DNA of 64,000 bases from Orbicella franksi. Its lineage: Eukaryota. Made by a program: the position numbers and the translations under genes. The stretch is taken from assembly GCA_964199315.1 (NCBI GenBank), contig OZ116707.1, forward strand, positions 2,418,001 through 2,482,000. The letters run 5' to 3'. Under the pieces are notes generated by a model. The model ran no database searches, was not told the origin of the DNA, and saw only the letters and a list, made by a program, of their open reading frames with translations. Positions 35,388 to 49,259 of the stretch are shown here, in pieces. Each line of letters starts with the position of its first letter. The first letter of the stretch is position 1.

Positions 35388-36689
35388 ATAGCCAATCAGA
35401 GAACAGCATTCATGATAGAATGCTAGCAGATTTATTCTTCAATGCAATGGAACGCTCCTGCGATTACAGTTTCAATGCAATTTTACTGAAAAGAGTGTTT
35501 TTGTAACTCACTGATTACATGTAAGGAAGGCAAGATTTCTGGAGTTAAAAACTGAGACTCTGTTCACTGGAAATACACATATTGAAAACGCAGGGTGACC
35601 CTCTCAATCTGCCTTGACCATGGAAGAGGAGATTGCCAAGGTTAAATCATTAGCGTTCATCAAACAGGGAGTACAGAAACCCTCTTTCAAGTCTGTGCTG
35701 CTTGTTGGATTGGGCAAAGGTCAAGCAACATGGGAAGTAGTTAGGACTTAACACTTTATCAGGCAATTCACAACCTTGTTTAAGTTTGCAGCTGCATGCA
35801 AATGCATACACAGAGGATTATCTTTCTCCTGTATATCTTGCTTAGATTGTAAATAATTATCCTTTCATATAATTAATTCCTTTTGTTGAAATTGACCCTC
35901 TTGACCATTATTCTTTCAAACAATATCAAACAAAGTTACTTCAGTTGTTTTTGAAAATCACCAGGCATACAGGTCTGTGTCACAGATATATGTTAAGGAC
36001 TTTTCAGTACCCACTTTTTAGAGTAACAATAATAATGGGTAAGCTTGGCTTAAGTTATTACTACAATACAAAACTAGTAAGTACTAATTCTTGGTAACAT
36101 TTACTCTGTTACTGAGAATTAACTCTTTAAACCCTCATGTCAAAACTTAATTCTTATTTGTTACCCCTATATATTTTTTATAGAAGTAGTGGGATGAAGT
36201 TTTTAACGTTAAGTAGATTCATGTCCCAAATTGTTTTGGTCACAGCATTGATATTACAGGAAGTTTGATGCTGATCCCTCTTAGTTCTTAAAGGGTTAGT
36301 ATCGGAATATAAATGATCATTATATTTGTGATTATTGTTATTGTCATTTGCAATATTATTCTTCTCATTTTCAATTTAATACAAGATAATGACCGTAACA
36401 GAAACTAAACTATTAAAGGATAATTGAAACTGTGGCAAATTACATGAACAAATTTATATTACAGGCTGGATAGAACTCATACTCAAGCAATTTCTTAATA
36501 TGTAAGAATATTGACAATAATATTTAAACGTGAATAATTCCTACTAAAGGGATTTGCATGACTTGACTAAAAGAACATCAATTTTATGTTTTAAGCATGA
36601 AAAAATCAGTCGCTTCAGAATCTAAAAGTACATTTCCAAAAGTACATTTTCAACCAGTTCACTTAGCATTGTTTCTCCACTCTAAAATT

Positions 36690-39604
36690 TGAGACATCAA
36701 ATGCTTTTAAAGAAAGCCCATGTCCCACTGGAATGGAGGAAGGCATTTTCCACTTCTAGTGATATCTCTGACAGAGAGAATCACCCCAATACCACAGCTG
36801 CCTGCTCCTACACCTGTTGTTGTCTGCTGTGGCATGTTGAGGTACACAACATTACTTTGTTTCTCTTCCTTTAGAAAGGTGAGGCATGTTGTGTCAATGG
36901 CAAAACTGTTCACATCACGTTCACAAGCAAGGGTACAAAAGTCTGATAAATCCATAATACTCTGTCCCTGTTGTAAAATCACATCACGAAGCATTGAATT
37001 AATAAGTGCATCTATGATCCCAGCAGTGTTCTGTGCCTCAGGTGTTTGAGAAAGCCAACAAATTACTTGCCTTAGGTTTGAGGCATCTGACTCCAATGCA
37101 CACATTTTCTCAAACACTTTTAGTGAAGCTAAGTTGTAGCAACCCAGATGACCAAGCTTAACAACCTTATTTGGGAAGGTGTGCTGCAATTTCATTGCAT
37201 GTTGTACAGTGCTTGCTGATGGACGGCCATTGGCCAGCAAAGGGTTAAACAGTTTTGTAAAATTTTTGGAAACTGAGACATCTCCTGGTGCAATAAAAGA
37301 CGCTTAAGGTAAGTAGTATGCTGTTGCCTCATTGCAGGTTAGGCTGTTTAATCTCCCATTCTGACAATCTGGTAACAGCTGCCTTCACCACTGACACTGC
37401 ATGAGACATCATCTTTGTCATTAGTCAGGCTACAGCTGCCTTCACTACTGACAGTGGATGCACTGGCTTTGGCTGTGTTATCATTTACTTCTATGATGTC
37501 CGTCACATCATGATTAATCTGGCCTGGAGATAGTATGGACACTTTTGATGGTTTTGTACATTCATACTCACAGAAATCAGGACCAAAAAGCCTAGTGAAC
37601 ATTGTATCCATCCCTTTGATCCATTCTTGATCTTCTTTAGACCAGTCTGGCCTCCAAGGTTTCCACCCACACCCTCTGTAATAAAATGGTTTTCCTGATG
37701 GATGAAAAGACAAAAAAAGAAATAAGAAACTTTACAGTCACAACACTTAATTTTGGTCACAGCTAATATACTTCTGCTTAATCCAGTATGATAGTAGGCT
37801 GCTGTAAACCAGTATTTTTTCTGGTAGGGTCAGTGCAAAAGGAGTGAATTCACAAGGGTACATTATGGCGTGAACCATTTAATTTAAACTAAGCATTTCC
37901 TTGCAGTGGTACTAATATGTATTTTAAGTATTTGCAGTAGAACAATATACTTAATCTTACCTAGTGTATTATACTACATAAATCTAACCTACAGTAGCCA
38001 TTTTATTATTTAAAAACAACATAAATTAATTTTGACTTGTACCTGATTCAATGCAATTAATGGCTTCTCTGAATGCATGTCTCATCTGAAGAAGCTTTTA
38101 GTGTATAGGTGTGTAAGAATCGGATCCACTAAAAAATGAAATGGATTAGTTAAAATAAGATTTTACATTGCATGTGGTTAAAATTTAATGCATATTACCA
38201 AATTCAGTATCTGTAGGTCATGAAAGGACAATCAGCAAAAGAAGGATGTTATGTTGTAAACATGAGAAATATCTCTGAAATATTATTGCACTGTGAGAAA
38301 AATAGCCAATCAGGCTAACAAAACATAACCACAAACCAAATCATATGTGTGAATACTATTCAGAGTTCCAAGCCAATCCTTTGCTCAATGCTTTGTGTGA
38401 TATTACACGAGGGACTGCAACTGTTGAAATAATTAGCTCTTATTAGCCAAGCAGGTCTGCATGGGAGAATCTTGACCGAGGTCGTGAATACAGACCAAAC
38501 ACAGTGAGGTCTGTACACACAACTGAGGTCAAGATTCTCCCATACAGACTGACTAAGCTTGGTTAACAAGATCTTTATTATATGGCAAACAAGAAAAATT
38601 TAATTCTAGTAATGTAACTGGTTCTTACCAACTTACATTTTGCTTGCAACGGCGATGAGCTGAATTTAATTCTGCCAAAATTTGCTCGTTCTCTTTATTT
38701 GTTTCTCTCACCAGGCTTTTTGGCACTTCCATAAATATTGTCAGATGAAAATAGTCAATGATTTTGCATTTTAGTTTGCAACTTTTTCACTGCAAAATAT
38801 TACCAGTCTAGATGCCGGTCTAGATGGGAAAATCTAGACTGCTTTCAATATTGATTTCAGCTGATCAAATTCGTGAATTTGATATTTCCCAGTCCTTGTG
38901 AGACAGCCATATAATAATAAATGATATTAAAGTGGCTACCCAACTTATTGCAATAGAATTTGAAAATGCACATGACATCTAGGTCTTTCCAGGGCTGTGG
39001 TCTAGCAGGGCTCGAGTGCCTCAGGTGACCAAGTTTTACCTTTGGGCAACTTGCTTAACCTTTTATTTTAATGAAGCTTGTTATAGCTGAGCAACCTAGC
39101 CTTGTCTTGCCACTTGGACAATCAGGGTGAAAGAGGCAAATTAAAAGGAAACTATAGTGTAAATAATATTTTATGTAAATATCTACTCACTTAAATGTCA
39201 GAAAGACCGTGAACAAGACCCAGATAAAACAACAGTAGCCTGACACATAACTCTTAAATAGGAGGTTTTCAAATTGGCCACCTTTGCTGTGATACAGTAA
39301 CACTAAAATTGTTCCCTAATGGCCATGGTGACCAAAATGGTTGCAGCTTGGTGGGCTGGCACTTATATCTAACAACTATGAACTTACATGATGAGGTGCT
39401 GTCAAATGCATCATGTGAAGTAGCGTTTGTGTATAGTTGCCATTGAAGCTTGTTAGCAGCTTCAAAACCTTGATTTGAAAGTTTATTCAATGACCAGTGA
39501 TAGCAGAAAAGCATTGAAACATGCTCAATTGTAATGTGGCCATAATCACCAGTTCCAAGGTTTGGGCTAAACACTTCCAGAAGGAGGAAACCCCATTCTC
39601 TCCA
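36690..39604 (-). pseudogene. Fourth RAG1-like transposase C-terminus spliced toward an Ulp1/C48-like protease region
   Basis: Exon 39604-39388 reads GDYGHITIEH...SNQGFEAANKL. In-frame splices lead to 38128-38043 and then 37694 onward. Further on it reads TLACERDVNSFAID and PQQTTTGVGAGSCGIGVILS. Confidence 0.6.
38435..38935. mobile_element. Non-autonomous repeat with a long internal palindrome, in an intron
   Basis: Arms of about 42 bp (38455-38496 and 38508-38549; gtctgYatgggagaatcttgacc...tacagacc) around an 11-nt loop. The outer limits are approximate. Confidence 0.65.
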
Positions 39605-42600
39605 CTGAGAGAAAATTAGTAAAAGGTACATTATAAGTAGACAGTTTGCACTTGCAATCCTTGTTTTTATCCTAATCATCCACTAAAATATAATATAAAA
39701 ACAAACAGACAAAAGACCAAACATGAATGTTTCTACAAAGGATACATTTCAACTCTTTGACTGTACAATGTGATGAAACGACAAAGTTGTTATATAACTC
39801 CACAAATTGGAGAAAGATAACATCACTTAAAAAAATTGCTGGCATCGAGTTGGATGCTTTAGTAAATAATGAACATCAAAAAAGATAACTGGTAAATAGT
39901 GTGAAAGTTACAAGTATGTACAAACTTTAACATCCAAAACATCAACAAGATGTTCCTCATCTGCAGAGAACTGGCCATCTCAAATAATCAGTGCAATATC
40001 CTCCCACTGTGAGCACACCTAGCAAGGATGAAAATAGTCAATGGTTAACCACAAAAAGTTATCTTTATGAAATATTTCAGTGGTTTAAAAAAGGCCCTGT
40101 CCCAACTTATCTCTCAAATTCTTAAAACAGCTACCCAACTTTTAGCAATTCAGTGTTATGTTTGGAGAAAAACTCAACATCTCAAAGCTTTTAAACACCC
40201 AGACAAACCGGTTGAAAGAGCTACTTAAAAAGTAAACAAATCAAGAAAACAGTTTGTGACTATACTGAAAGGCACATGACTCCTGAACACAGGTCATCAA
40301 ACTGCCATGGTGATCAAAACTGTTACAGCCTGGAGTTCCCCATTTTTCTCAGATGTTTACAATGTTGGTGTACCACAGAGGTACACCTGAACATGGCGAC
40401 TCCATACTGGGCTCTCTAAATTTCTGCGAAATATTTCAACGAATATCTGAGGTTTGGGAAAATGGACAGACTTAAAAATTAGCGAAGTGTCATCTTTATT
40501 AATCTCGAATAACATCACAATTTCTTGACTTCATCCACAGAATGGTTTTTTTTATTGCATCAGGATTGTGTGACACAGCAGGCAAAGAATTGTTTTGCTG
40601 GGTTCAACATATACATTAGTTTCTTTCAGCTTAAATGTACAATAATTCACTACATGGGTTTCATTCTTGTAAAGACACAACTCTGTTACAAGAAAAAAAC
40701 GAGAAAATATTATTTAGTTTGAGATTTTAACTTTATTTACTTTACGAAGTTTCTCAGAGGGTTTTACTTAGGTGTACTCAAACAGATACATTTGTAAACA
40801 AATTCTCTAACCTTTTTGCTCTTGTTGGTCAGATGTTATTGAGTTCGTGCTGGGATTCTACTTGGTTCACAATCACGTCTAAAATTATGATGACACCTCT
40901 GAAGATTTTTTTTTTATCAAGTTGAAGAGTTGATAGCCTCAGTTGATAGCTCCTTTCTATCATGATTCTTGATAAATTCATTCAAAATGATTGCTCATAA
41001 ATTGATTTCTTGTAAGGCTTGCAGACCAACCCATTCGTAAAATGCTTAACATCTTTTAGTGTTGGTCCACCGCAAATGGTGTGTTCATCTGTATGTGATT
41101 TCATCACCCTAGAAATGATGGAATCTGTGGTAACTTTTCATGATGACAACTTCTGTAAATTCCATGTGCTGTATGCAGGCACAGGTGATGCAAGTGCTTT
41201 AGAGACCAGACGGCGATTTTTGACTGAACGAGGAAAAAAAAAAAGAGAGAGGTGAAATTTAAACCCAGGCCTCACTGCCTGTGTAATACCTTGCCTGCAT
41301 TGCAGAAAGTCTAAACCTTTAGACAATACTGGGGATTTTGTGACACATCTGGCAACAACACATGCTAAATAATACCTTAATCAAGAATTACCTTGTTTAT
41401 TTCCTAGAGAAACTTCAAATTAGGTCTTAGCACCTTGATCATTCTGTACTGAATTTTGGGCACGAAACCCATAACACAAAACGAACAGACTTGTTGGCAT
41501 ACATAGCATTTATTTAGCTCTCAGGGAGTATTGAGGACGCTTCAAGGAAACATTCTGGTGTGCTATGCTGCTTTTGTTTTACTTCATATCGATTTTTTTT
41601 AGCAGTATGGAAATGTTCGCTATTTTGAAATAACAAAAATGAATCGTCTCTGGCTTACACAGATATTTTTGAATCATTTCTATAAAGCTTATATGGCTAC
41701 ATTAGGACTTTGACTTGGCAGCGGTGTTGACTGTGTTGAAGGAAAGCCAGCTCCAATTGTGACTGACTTTTATATCAGTTAAACTATTTCTGCTCCTTAC
41801 TCACAGGGAAGACTGTGTAGCAAACTATCTAATTCACATTGTTTATCAACACCATAGACTGATTTTCAGTGCTGCTACTATGGCTCAGATCTTACACAAA
41901 GTGGATTCTTTATACTGCTTGCTGTCAAAGTACTCTTGGCAAACATTTTTGCCTCTTTGTGAATTACCAAAGAAAGTGTCTGTATTTAACATTAATTTCA
42001 CCTTGCACTCCAGTGAAAGTTTGGCAGGGAATGTCAAAGCTCATTTGATAGAAAAGAATTGTTAATAACTTATAAAGATTATAATGCATACCCTCTTTTA
42101 TTCTGCTTGTAGGACACTCAAATGGTTACATCTTACTGGCCTAGCCTAAGTCACATTTTCAGCATAACAGACTTGTCAGTGTAAACATGTATAATTTGGC
42201 TAGACAAGGTTTCACAAGACAGTACATAATAACCAGAGTAGTAGAAATCATTCCATATTTGTATCATCTGATAATGAGTTCTCATCTGAGCAAGCTTGCA
42301 GTAAACGGTCTTTACTTGTTCTTTAAAGACTCACTGTCTCTAAATAAATCCGTTTAAGTAGTTGGTTTTATATCTATATATGCATTATTCGTGTTTCAAA
42401 TAAAATGACAAAGGATCACTACAAAACGTATTAATGATAATATTGCATGTCCAACCATGTATGCATTGCATACCTATTTTTCATTGTTGATAGTGGTAGG
42501 CTTCCATCTTCCAGGGTTGACTACAGTTTTACAGTGTATTAAAGTGAGCTTATTTTACACTGGGTTTTGATTCGGTCAGTGTAAAATGCATGTAAACTGC

Positions 42601-42639
42601 AGACCACAGTTTGCATGCAGACAGGGAGGTAAAATCCTG

Positions 42640-43052
42640 TGGGGATACTCCAAGAAAAATTGTGTGGGGTTGTGCAGCCCTCTTCCCAAGACCCTTACCC
42701 TATTTATGACCAAAATCTGCAATTTTCCCAGCCCTATTGATGACTGGACCAAAAATTTGAAACCGTGTTTGTGACCTGATTCTTAAATCAATACCCTGTT
42801 CAGACCTGGCTTATAATTAGTTCCCTAGTTCAGATCAATGTTAAATTGCTCTAAACACAATTTGTGAAGGGCGTTTGTTGATGGCCTTATCACTAATGAT
42901 GAAATTGTAGCTTCTAAAACATAGCCCTATTTATGACCAAAATGGCCAAAATTCAATACCCCATTTATGACCAAAACGGCTGAAAAACCATACCCTTTGG
43001 GGCCACACATACCTATATAGCCCATATAAGGGAGTAACCCCCCCCCCCCGGG
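42640..43052. mobile_element. MITE ending in ...GAGTAACCCCCCCCCCCCGGG
   Basis: Repeated ccctatttatgaccaaaa motifs and a C-run/CCGGG terminus. The left end is degraded. Confidence 0.7.
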
Positions 43053-44779
43053 ATAAAATGCAGAAAAATCTAGGCTACAGACTAGGGTTAGGTTTAGATG
43101 TTTGGATTTATTACATTCACTCCATACTTACAAAAATAGTGATTAAGTAATGATTCACGCAAGAGGTAGGCATTTGAAATCCAAAGCTGCCGACTAAATT
43201 ATTAATCAAATTAATATCTTTGCTTCTGACTGGCTGAAAAGTCAAAATGGGAAGTGCTGTGAAAGTATTATTGGACTATTTTTAGTGCTAAATTCGATGC
43301 CAGCACCATCAGATTGGTATATGCCGAGTTTCGTTACCATGGGAAATGGGGAGCTGGCTCTAATGGAATTAAAGAAGTTTCTTTGCTTCGGCCACCATTT
43401 TGGATCGAGATATTGTTGACGTTCCTAGTTCATCGTTATCAGAATTGTTCGGTCAATCTCTAGTTTTGTTTTTATCTACATTTATAAAAGTTATATAGGT
43501 CAGTGTTCCTGTTATTTTTGAAATGAAATCTGCGATTTTAGTTTGAAGAATGCCTCGAAACGCTTCATGTTGTTGCCCACATCACAGCACGTGGGGACAT
43601 TTGGATGGCACCAAACTCAGGATCGCCTCAAACCTTGAGTTGAAGTTCTGCAAAGTTAATGAGGATGGTCAATGCAAAGGTTGAAAAAGAAAGATATGCA
43701 CGTGTTGCAGAAGTCATATCCAGTTGGAAACTAAATGTGATAAGCTAGAGGTAAGATAAAACCTCAGATACGTACATGTATGGTATGTTGGTGCAGTGTG
43801 TGCCTGATTGTGATTTTTGCAAAAACCTTCATGTTTTGCAAAAGAGAATATTTGTTGTCCACAATAGTGGTAAATCTATACAGCTAAAGCCATGTTACGC
43901 TGTCAATTTTGATGCCTCATTTATACTAGAGGTTCATATTCCTTTTCTGTTGTTCAAAACCAGAAAACAGTTTCTGATGCCTTGCAAGGAGTGAATGCAG
44001 AACACTATGAAATTGATGATAGCTCTAGGCCAATCCTGAATCACTGCAATGATAAAGTTTCCATGCCATCTTTATCCAAACCTGAAGTGGTTACAGCTCA
44101 GATGAATGAAGCTGGTCCTTTGCCACCTGCTCGCCCATATCAATGCTAGGGCAAAGCATGAGAACTGACATTAGATTGGAAATAATAAAACTATTCCATG
44201 ATTTGTTAAACACTCATGTACATGGTGATGCTGAGGCATTCAGTGACCTGGTTGATGACCTGCTGGAGTCAAAGAAATGGACAAGCTTGTTTGGAATCTC
44301 AAGACAGACGAAGATAAAAACATCACAAGCAGGTTTCTCTCTTCACTGGTCAATGAGTACCAATTTCATGAACTAAGTCTAACAGCCACATTGCTTTTCA
44401 AGGTGTTACACCTGAAGCTTTCAAAACACAAATTGATGCGTGACTTCTCCGCTTATGGCGTTGGGCTCATCTTGTTCTTTTGGATTTCCCATCTGTTTTC
44501 AAACTAATTTAGCAACCCATGAAGGGTTTGGCCACTTGAAGTTTTAAAAAACATCTCTTGTGTTTAAAATATGTCTTGCCTCCACGGGGCACACAGTGCA
44601 AAAATCAGTTTGATATAATCGATTCTTGAAATGACTAGCAAGTCCAATATTCAAATAATAAACTCATTATTGCATTCTTGAAATGATTAGTGGGTTCAAT
44701 AATCAAATAATGAATTCATTTATGTATTCTTAAGGGGTACACTTGACCTGGTTTGAGTGTAAGGAATACACTTACCTCG

Positions 44780-46700
44780 TCATCATCAACAACTGACTCA
44801 TCATTTTCTTGAGTTTCTTGGTCTTCTACTTCTTTTCTTTGGTCTTCTCACCCCTAGAAACTGTAGGGAGAACTTTAAAACATGTTTCATCTCTCTCCCT
44901 TTTAGCTGTCAATTTCCCTCAAATGTCTACTGATGTTAGTAGTTGGTTATAAATTAAGCATGAGTGACCTTTTCATTTGAAACTTACCGATACATATGTC
45001 CTCCTCTTGTTGCCACCACAATTCCCTGTCTTGCTGTAAAAGTTCCCTGTAATAATTTACCAGTTTGTATTAATATTTATTATAGTTTAAACGTTGTAGT
45101 AACAGAAATTGCAAGACTTCTTGAATTTGGCAGATTAGATTGGAAAAGCGTCATCTAGAACAAATCGATTTCAAAAAACTCCCATACACTATGCAATCAT
45201 GAATGATTACTGTTGAGTACACCAATGTACCACAAGCAATAATTACACTTTTGACTTTTGCTGTTTAAGATTGGTTTTGGTTAAAAGAAGAATACATCGC
45301 AAAGAGAACAAATCATGTTCCCTACTCCATCAACAATTATTTGAGAGAGTGGAGTATTTATTTGATTGGAGTGGGGGAGGTACAGTGTAGATCCAGAAAA
45401 CTTCAAAATTCTTAAAAACACAGAAGTTCTTCAATTCATTTAAATATAATTACAGTAACTCTACCTTCCTTCCAATAAAAAGTGACCAAGGTATTACTTC
45501 TGCATTTGTTAGGCCAATATAGTATCCAATGCAGCAAACCTAACTAATATCACTGGGCTCTAGTCTTACCTGTTTGTTCTAATAGCCTGAGCAACCTCAT
45601 GAGCATCCTCAATTGCCCCACTTAGCTGTCCAGGAAAGTTGTCTTCCTCTCCATCAAAAGGAAATTTTTGATATAAAACTTCCATTAGGTCTTCTATTTG
45701 ATTTCTTCACCTGCTCAAAATTCACAACCTAGGTTCTTCTCAAACCTCAGGAACCATTGTGTAATGTTTTTACAGGGATATTCTTTTCACCTTTCCTGCT
45801 TTGGGAATTTCTCCCCGATGAAATTTACAATTTGCACTCTTTAAACAAGGCTAAATATGGTGGTAATTTCTGCTGTATTGATATCATCATGCATGAGAGC
45901 TATTATTAAGTGTAAATTAACTACTCTTGACATTACCTCTTATCTCAAATAAAAATTTGACACAGACACATGTACAAGCAAGAAAGCACTGATCACCTGT
46001 CAAAATGTTTGCGACAACTATTCTAGCTGGTGATATCGTCAGATGCATGATGTGCGCCTGGATGTCATTTGGGCTATTAAAACGTCCCTGTTTTCCACAG
46101 GCTACAATACAGAGATCAAAGGATACATCACTTGAAACAGACTTAAGAGCAAACTTTGATAGCCTTCATGCAAGTATTGTAGCATCAAAGAGTACAAAGA
46201 ATCTAGATTAAAGCAACATATATGTAGCATGCACAAATTAGTTACCTTCCTCGTCAAACTGGCTTCCTTGCAAAGCTACATGCACATAGCAATTGGCCAG
46301 CTGTGGCAAAAGGTCTGTCGTCGTCATTAATGATCTGAGCCAAAAAAAATTAACAGTTAAGGTATCTGCACCGACAAATTTTCAACATTTTCTCTTAAGC
46401 TCAAAATCTATCAGCAGTAAGTTTAGGTCATGTAATATGCATATCCATTTTTTTTTTTATCAGACCATCACATTCAAGAAAAAATCTGCTCTAAAGTTGC
46501 TCGATTTACTGTAAGGTCAAAGAGAAATTTTGACTTCCGTTTCTTTGGAATGTGACTGTGGGGGCCAGCGGAATAGAAATTTGACTCTCATGTTCACTGG
46601 TTTACCTTTCCCGCATGCTTCCCGGCCAAAGATTTCCAGAACAAAGATGGTTGACGGTTCTGTGAACTGCGAGGCTGCTTTCCTCTATTTTTCTGCCAAA
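44780..46700 (-). pseudogene. Unassigned degenerate multi-exon gene remnant
   Basis: Blocks ending at GT donors, e.g. ...VHVALQGSQFDEE|GT, VACGKQGRFNSPNDIQAH and FPGQLSGAIEDAHEVAQAIR|GT. No domain recognised. Confidence 0.3.
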
Positions 46701-46889
46701 TTCAAACAAACCGGGAAGGTATTTTCTCTTTCTCTTTTGAGTTTTGTTGAAAGTAAAATTTCTCAGAAGACTCTTTACTGTTTTCTACTGATTATTTGTT
46801 TAGATTTGGTAAAACACCTGAAGGTCTCGCAAATCTTCGCACGGCAGCGAGAAAGCCTGTAGAAACAGCTGAAAGGATGTGGCATCGCA

Positions 46890-47290
46890 TCTACTCTCGG
46901 CTATATGGAATTATGTGGGTAAGTGACTTGTATATAATTTAATGGTAAGTTCTCGATGGTAAAAAAGATCCCAAACATTTCTCTATCTTTATGTAGTGGT
47001 TGCATAACATAACCTCTTGGGAAATTATCACATTCTCATCCATTGTACTCTGCATTTTAGGTAGTTGTATCACTCGAGCAAATGCAAATCTTTCATTTGT
47101 ATAATGAAAACGTTTCTGTTGATGTTGTTGTCTTAGATGAATTTGTCATTTCGTTCTTCAGCATGGATGTAAAATAGGCCGAGGTCAATTTACTGGGGGT
47201 CAACCGACCTTTGTATTCCCAGAATGTGTAAGTGGTGCGTGCCATTGTTCAAGAGGATGTCCGCAACTTCAAGGACCCAGTTGGTCCTCA
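46890..47290 (+). pseudogene. Small divergent gene remnant with a KolX-like C-terminal pattern
   Basis: GRGQFTGGQPTFVFPECV/VVRAIV resembles the xPxCVxxxxR block at 3500. Confidence 0.3.
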
Positions 47291-48879
47291 TCTAAGTTAA
47301 TGCTTCTGATTTTATATGGTATCAATGACTAGGAAAAGGCAAGACCAATCCCTCAATGTTCATTTATGCTTATGAACTCATTCAAATTTTGTTTTAATGG
47401 TTTGACTGCTGTTCAATCAAGAGAAACATTTTTCATCTAAACGTTCAAAGGTTGAAAATTTGAGAAAATGTATGTTACAAGGCTGTGGCTGTAAACATGT
47501 TAGATTGTTGATGACTTCTGTGTGTTTTTTAGGTATATCATGTCACATTGCAAGACCTGGTGGACGCAAAGTGGCCAGCAGTCAAAAAGGAAAAAAGAAT
47601 AAGAAGAATTAAATTTATTATCTGTATTCTTTTAGACTGTAAGAATTAAATAAATATTATATCATAAAGCCAGCGTGTGTTGCTGTTATCCTGTGCTTCT
47701 TTCAGAGGAGCATCCTGAAATCAAGGCCAGTGCATACACATTTTCTGCCATCGGAGCATTATTGTTGTGTTTGAAAATAACAATAACAATTATTGTGATG
47801 GCCGCAATGCTACTGTAATTTTGTGGCTTGATTTTACCCTTGGTTTAATTTTTTTTTGTTCCAACCTCATAAATCATGGTAACATTACTATACCCAAGAA
47901 CAAAGGAAATTAACATAACAACAAATAATAAATGTGAAGCACAACATATTGATTACATTAGCTTGTGGAAGTCGTACCTGTACTGTCTACTTCAGCAATT
48001 GGAACTAAAGACTTTCTTATGCAGACCCTGAGCATAAGTCAGAAAATTTCATTGTTCAAATTTATTAATATTATAGCCAAGCACTCTTCAACTCTAAAAA
48101 TTGAGTAAATGTAGTCAAGGGATGACATAATTGATAAAAGTTTCATCTCTCTAATGTCATTTATAAATGATCAATTTTCAAATTCTTAAAATGGTGAGAT
48201 TTGACATACGTACACCCTTCATGTGTGCCCCCTCCCCACTCAAAAAATTATCTCTTTGATAACATCTGATAACAGTGGTTAAAATTATTATCAGGTGCAA
48301 AAACAACCTGCAACTATGACTATCAAAGTTAATTTGATGATTGTGTCTTATTGAGACCAAAACTTGGCTCATCGTCTTTTCTCAGAAAATCAAATTAGTA
48401 CACTAAGTGCTAATCCAAGTGTTTACAGCATGTTAAAAAGGCCAAACCCCAAATTATACTATTTACAGATAAATATTTTACCATTAATGATTGGCTGAAA
48501 TCACCTCGCTAACTCTTCATAACCAGCAAACTTGGAAGGATGTATACTTGTTCAGAGAAAAAGATGATAGAAGGTGCAGTTGCACAAGTGCTTTGTTAGA
48601 GCTGGAGAAAATAGTGAAAAAAATTCAAAGGTGTTGTCGAGACGAATAAGCCAAATGAGTACCTAAACTCGTGGCAAAAACAGCAATGCCGACTGCTATT
48701 CCAAAAATTTCTGCTAGACTACATATGCCTCTTATCTTGTATTTGCCACGGAAGGGGAAATTGGATTTGGCTCTCTTTGCCTTGAAGAATATTATTATGC
48801 AGATCTGGGAGGTTGATATCCATCTTGGCTATCCTTAAACTGCATTCTTCAGATCATAAATAGCCTCATCCAATAGCTC

Positions 48880-49132
48880 CAGTGGGGAGGGTAATTATTT
48901 ATAAGAGGCTAATGGGTATCTGCCGCTGGATGGGGTCGCATGATTATTTATGGTGAACAAACATACTGGAATGTTTGTACTGTAGGTGAAAAGTAAATTG
49001 TCTTCATTCAGTATAAAGTAGATACAAAGAGATTGACTAAAATGGGTCAATAATTGGCCACAGAGTACACTATAATGACAACCCAGCAGCACATACCGAG
49101 CCAAACTTAAACCAATTACCCCCCCCCCCCTG
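48880..49132. mobile_element. MITE remnant with G-rich and C-rich ends
   Basis: gtggggagggtaatt...aattacccccccccccc, with an internal gctaatgggtatctgccgctggatggggtcgcat block. Confidence 0.5.
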
Positions 49133-49259
49133 CCTGGGGTCTAATATTAGCTTACTATTACCTGAAATGTATTTTCATGAGATGATCTCTTTGAAACTAA
49201 ACCTGACCTCATAGACAAGCAACAGTCACTTTTTAGATTTCTTGTTCAAAGGGCAATCT

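Noticed and set aside
39700-41400. Upstream exons (D1/D2 motifs) of the Ulp1-linked transposase
   Set aside because: I could not find the acidic motifs or consistent splice phases. Part of the interval may be an unrelated LINE remnant, so it was left unassigned.
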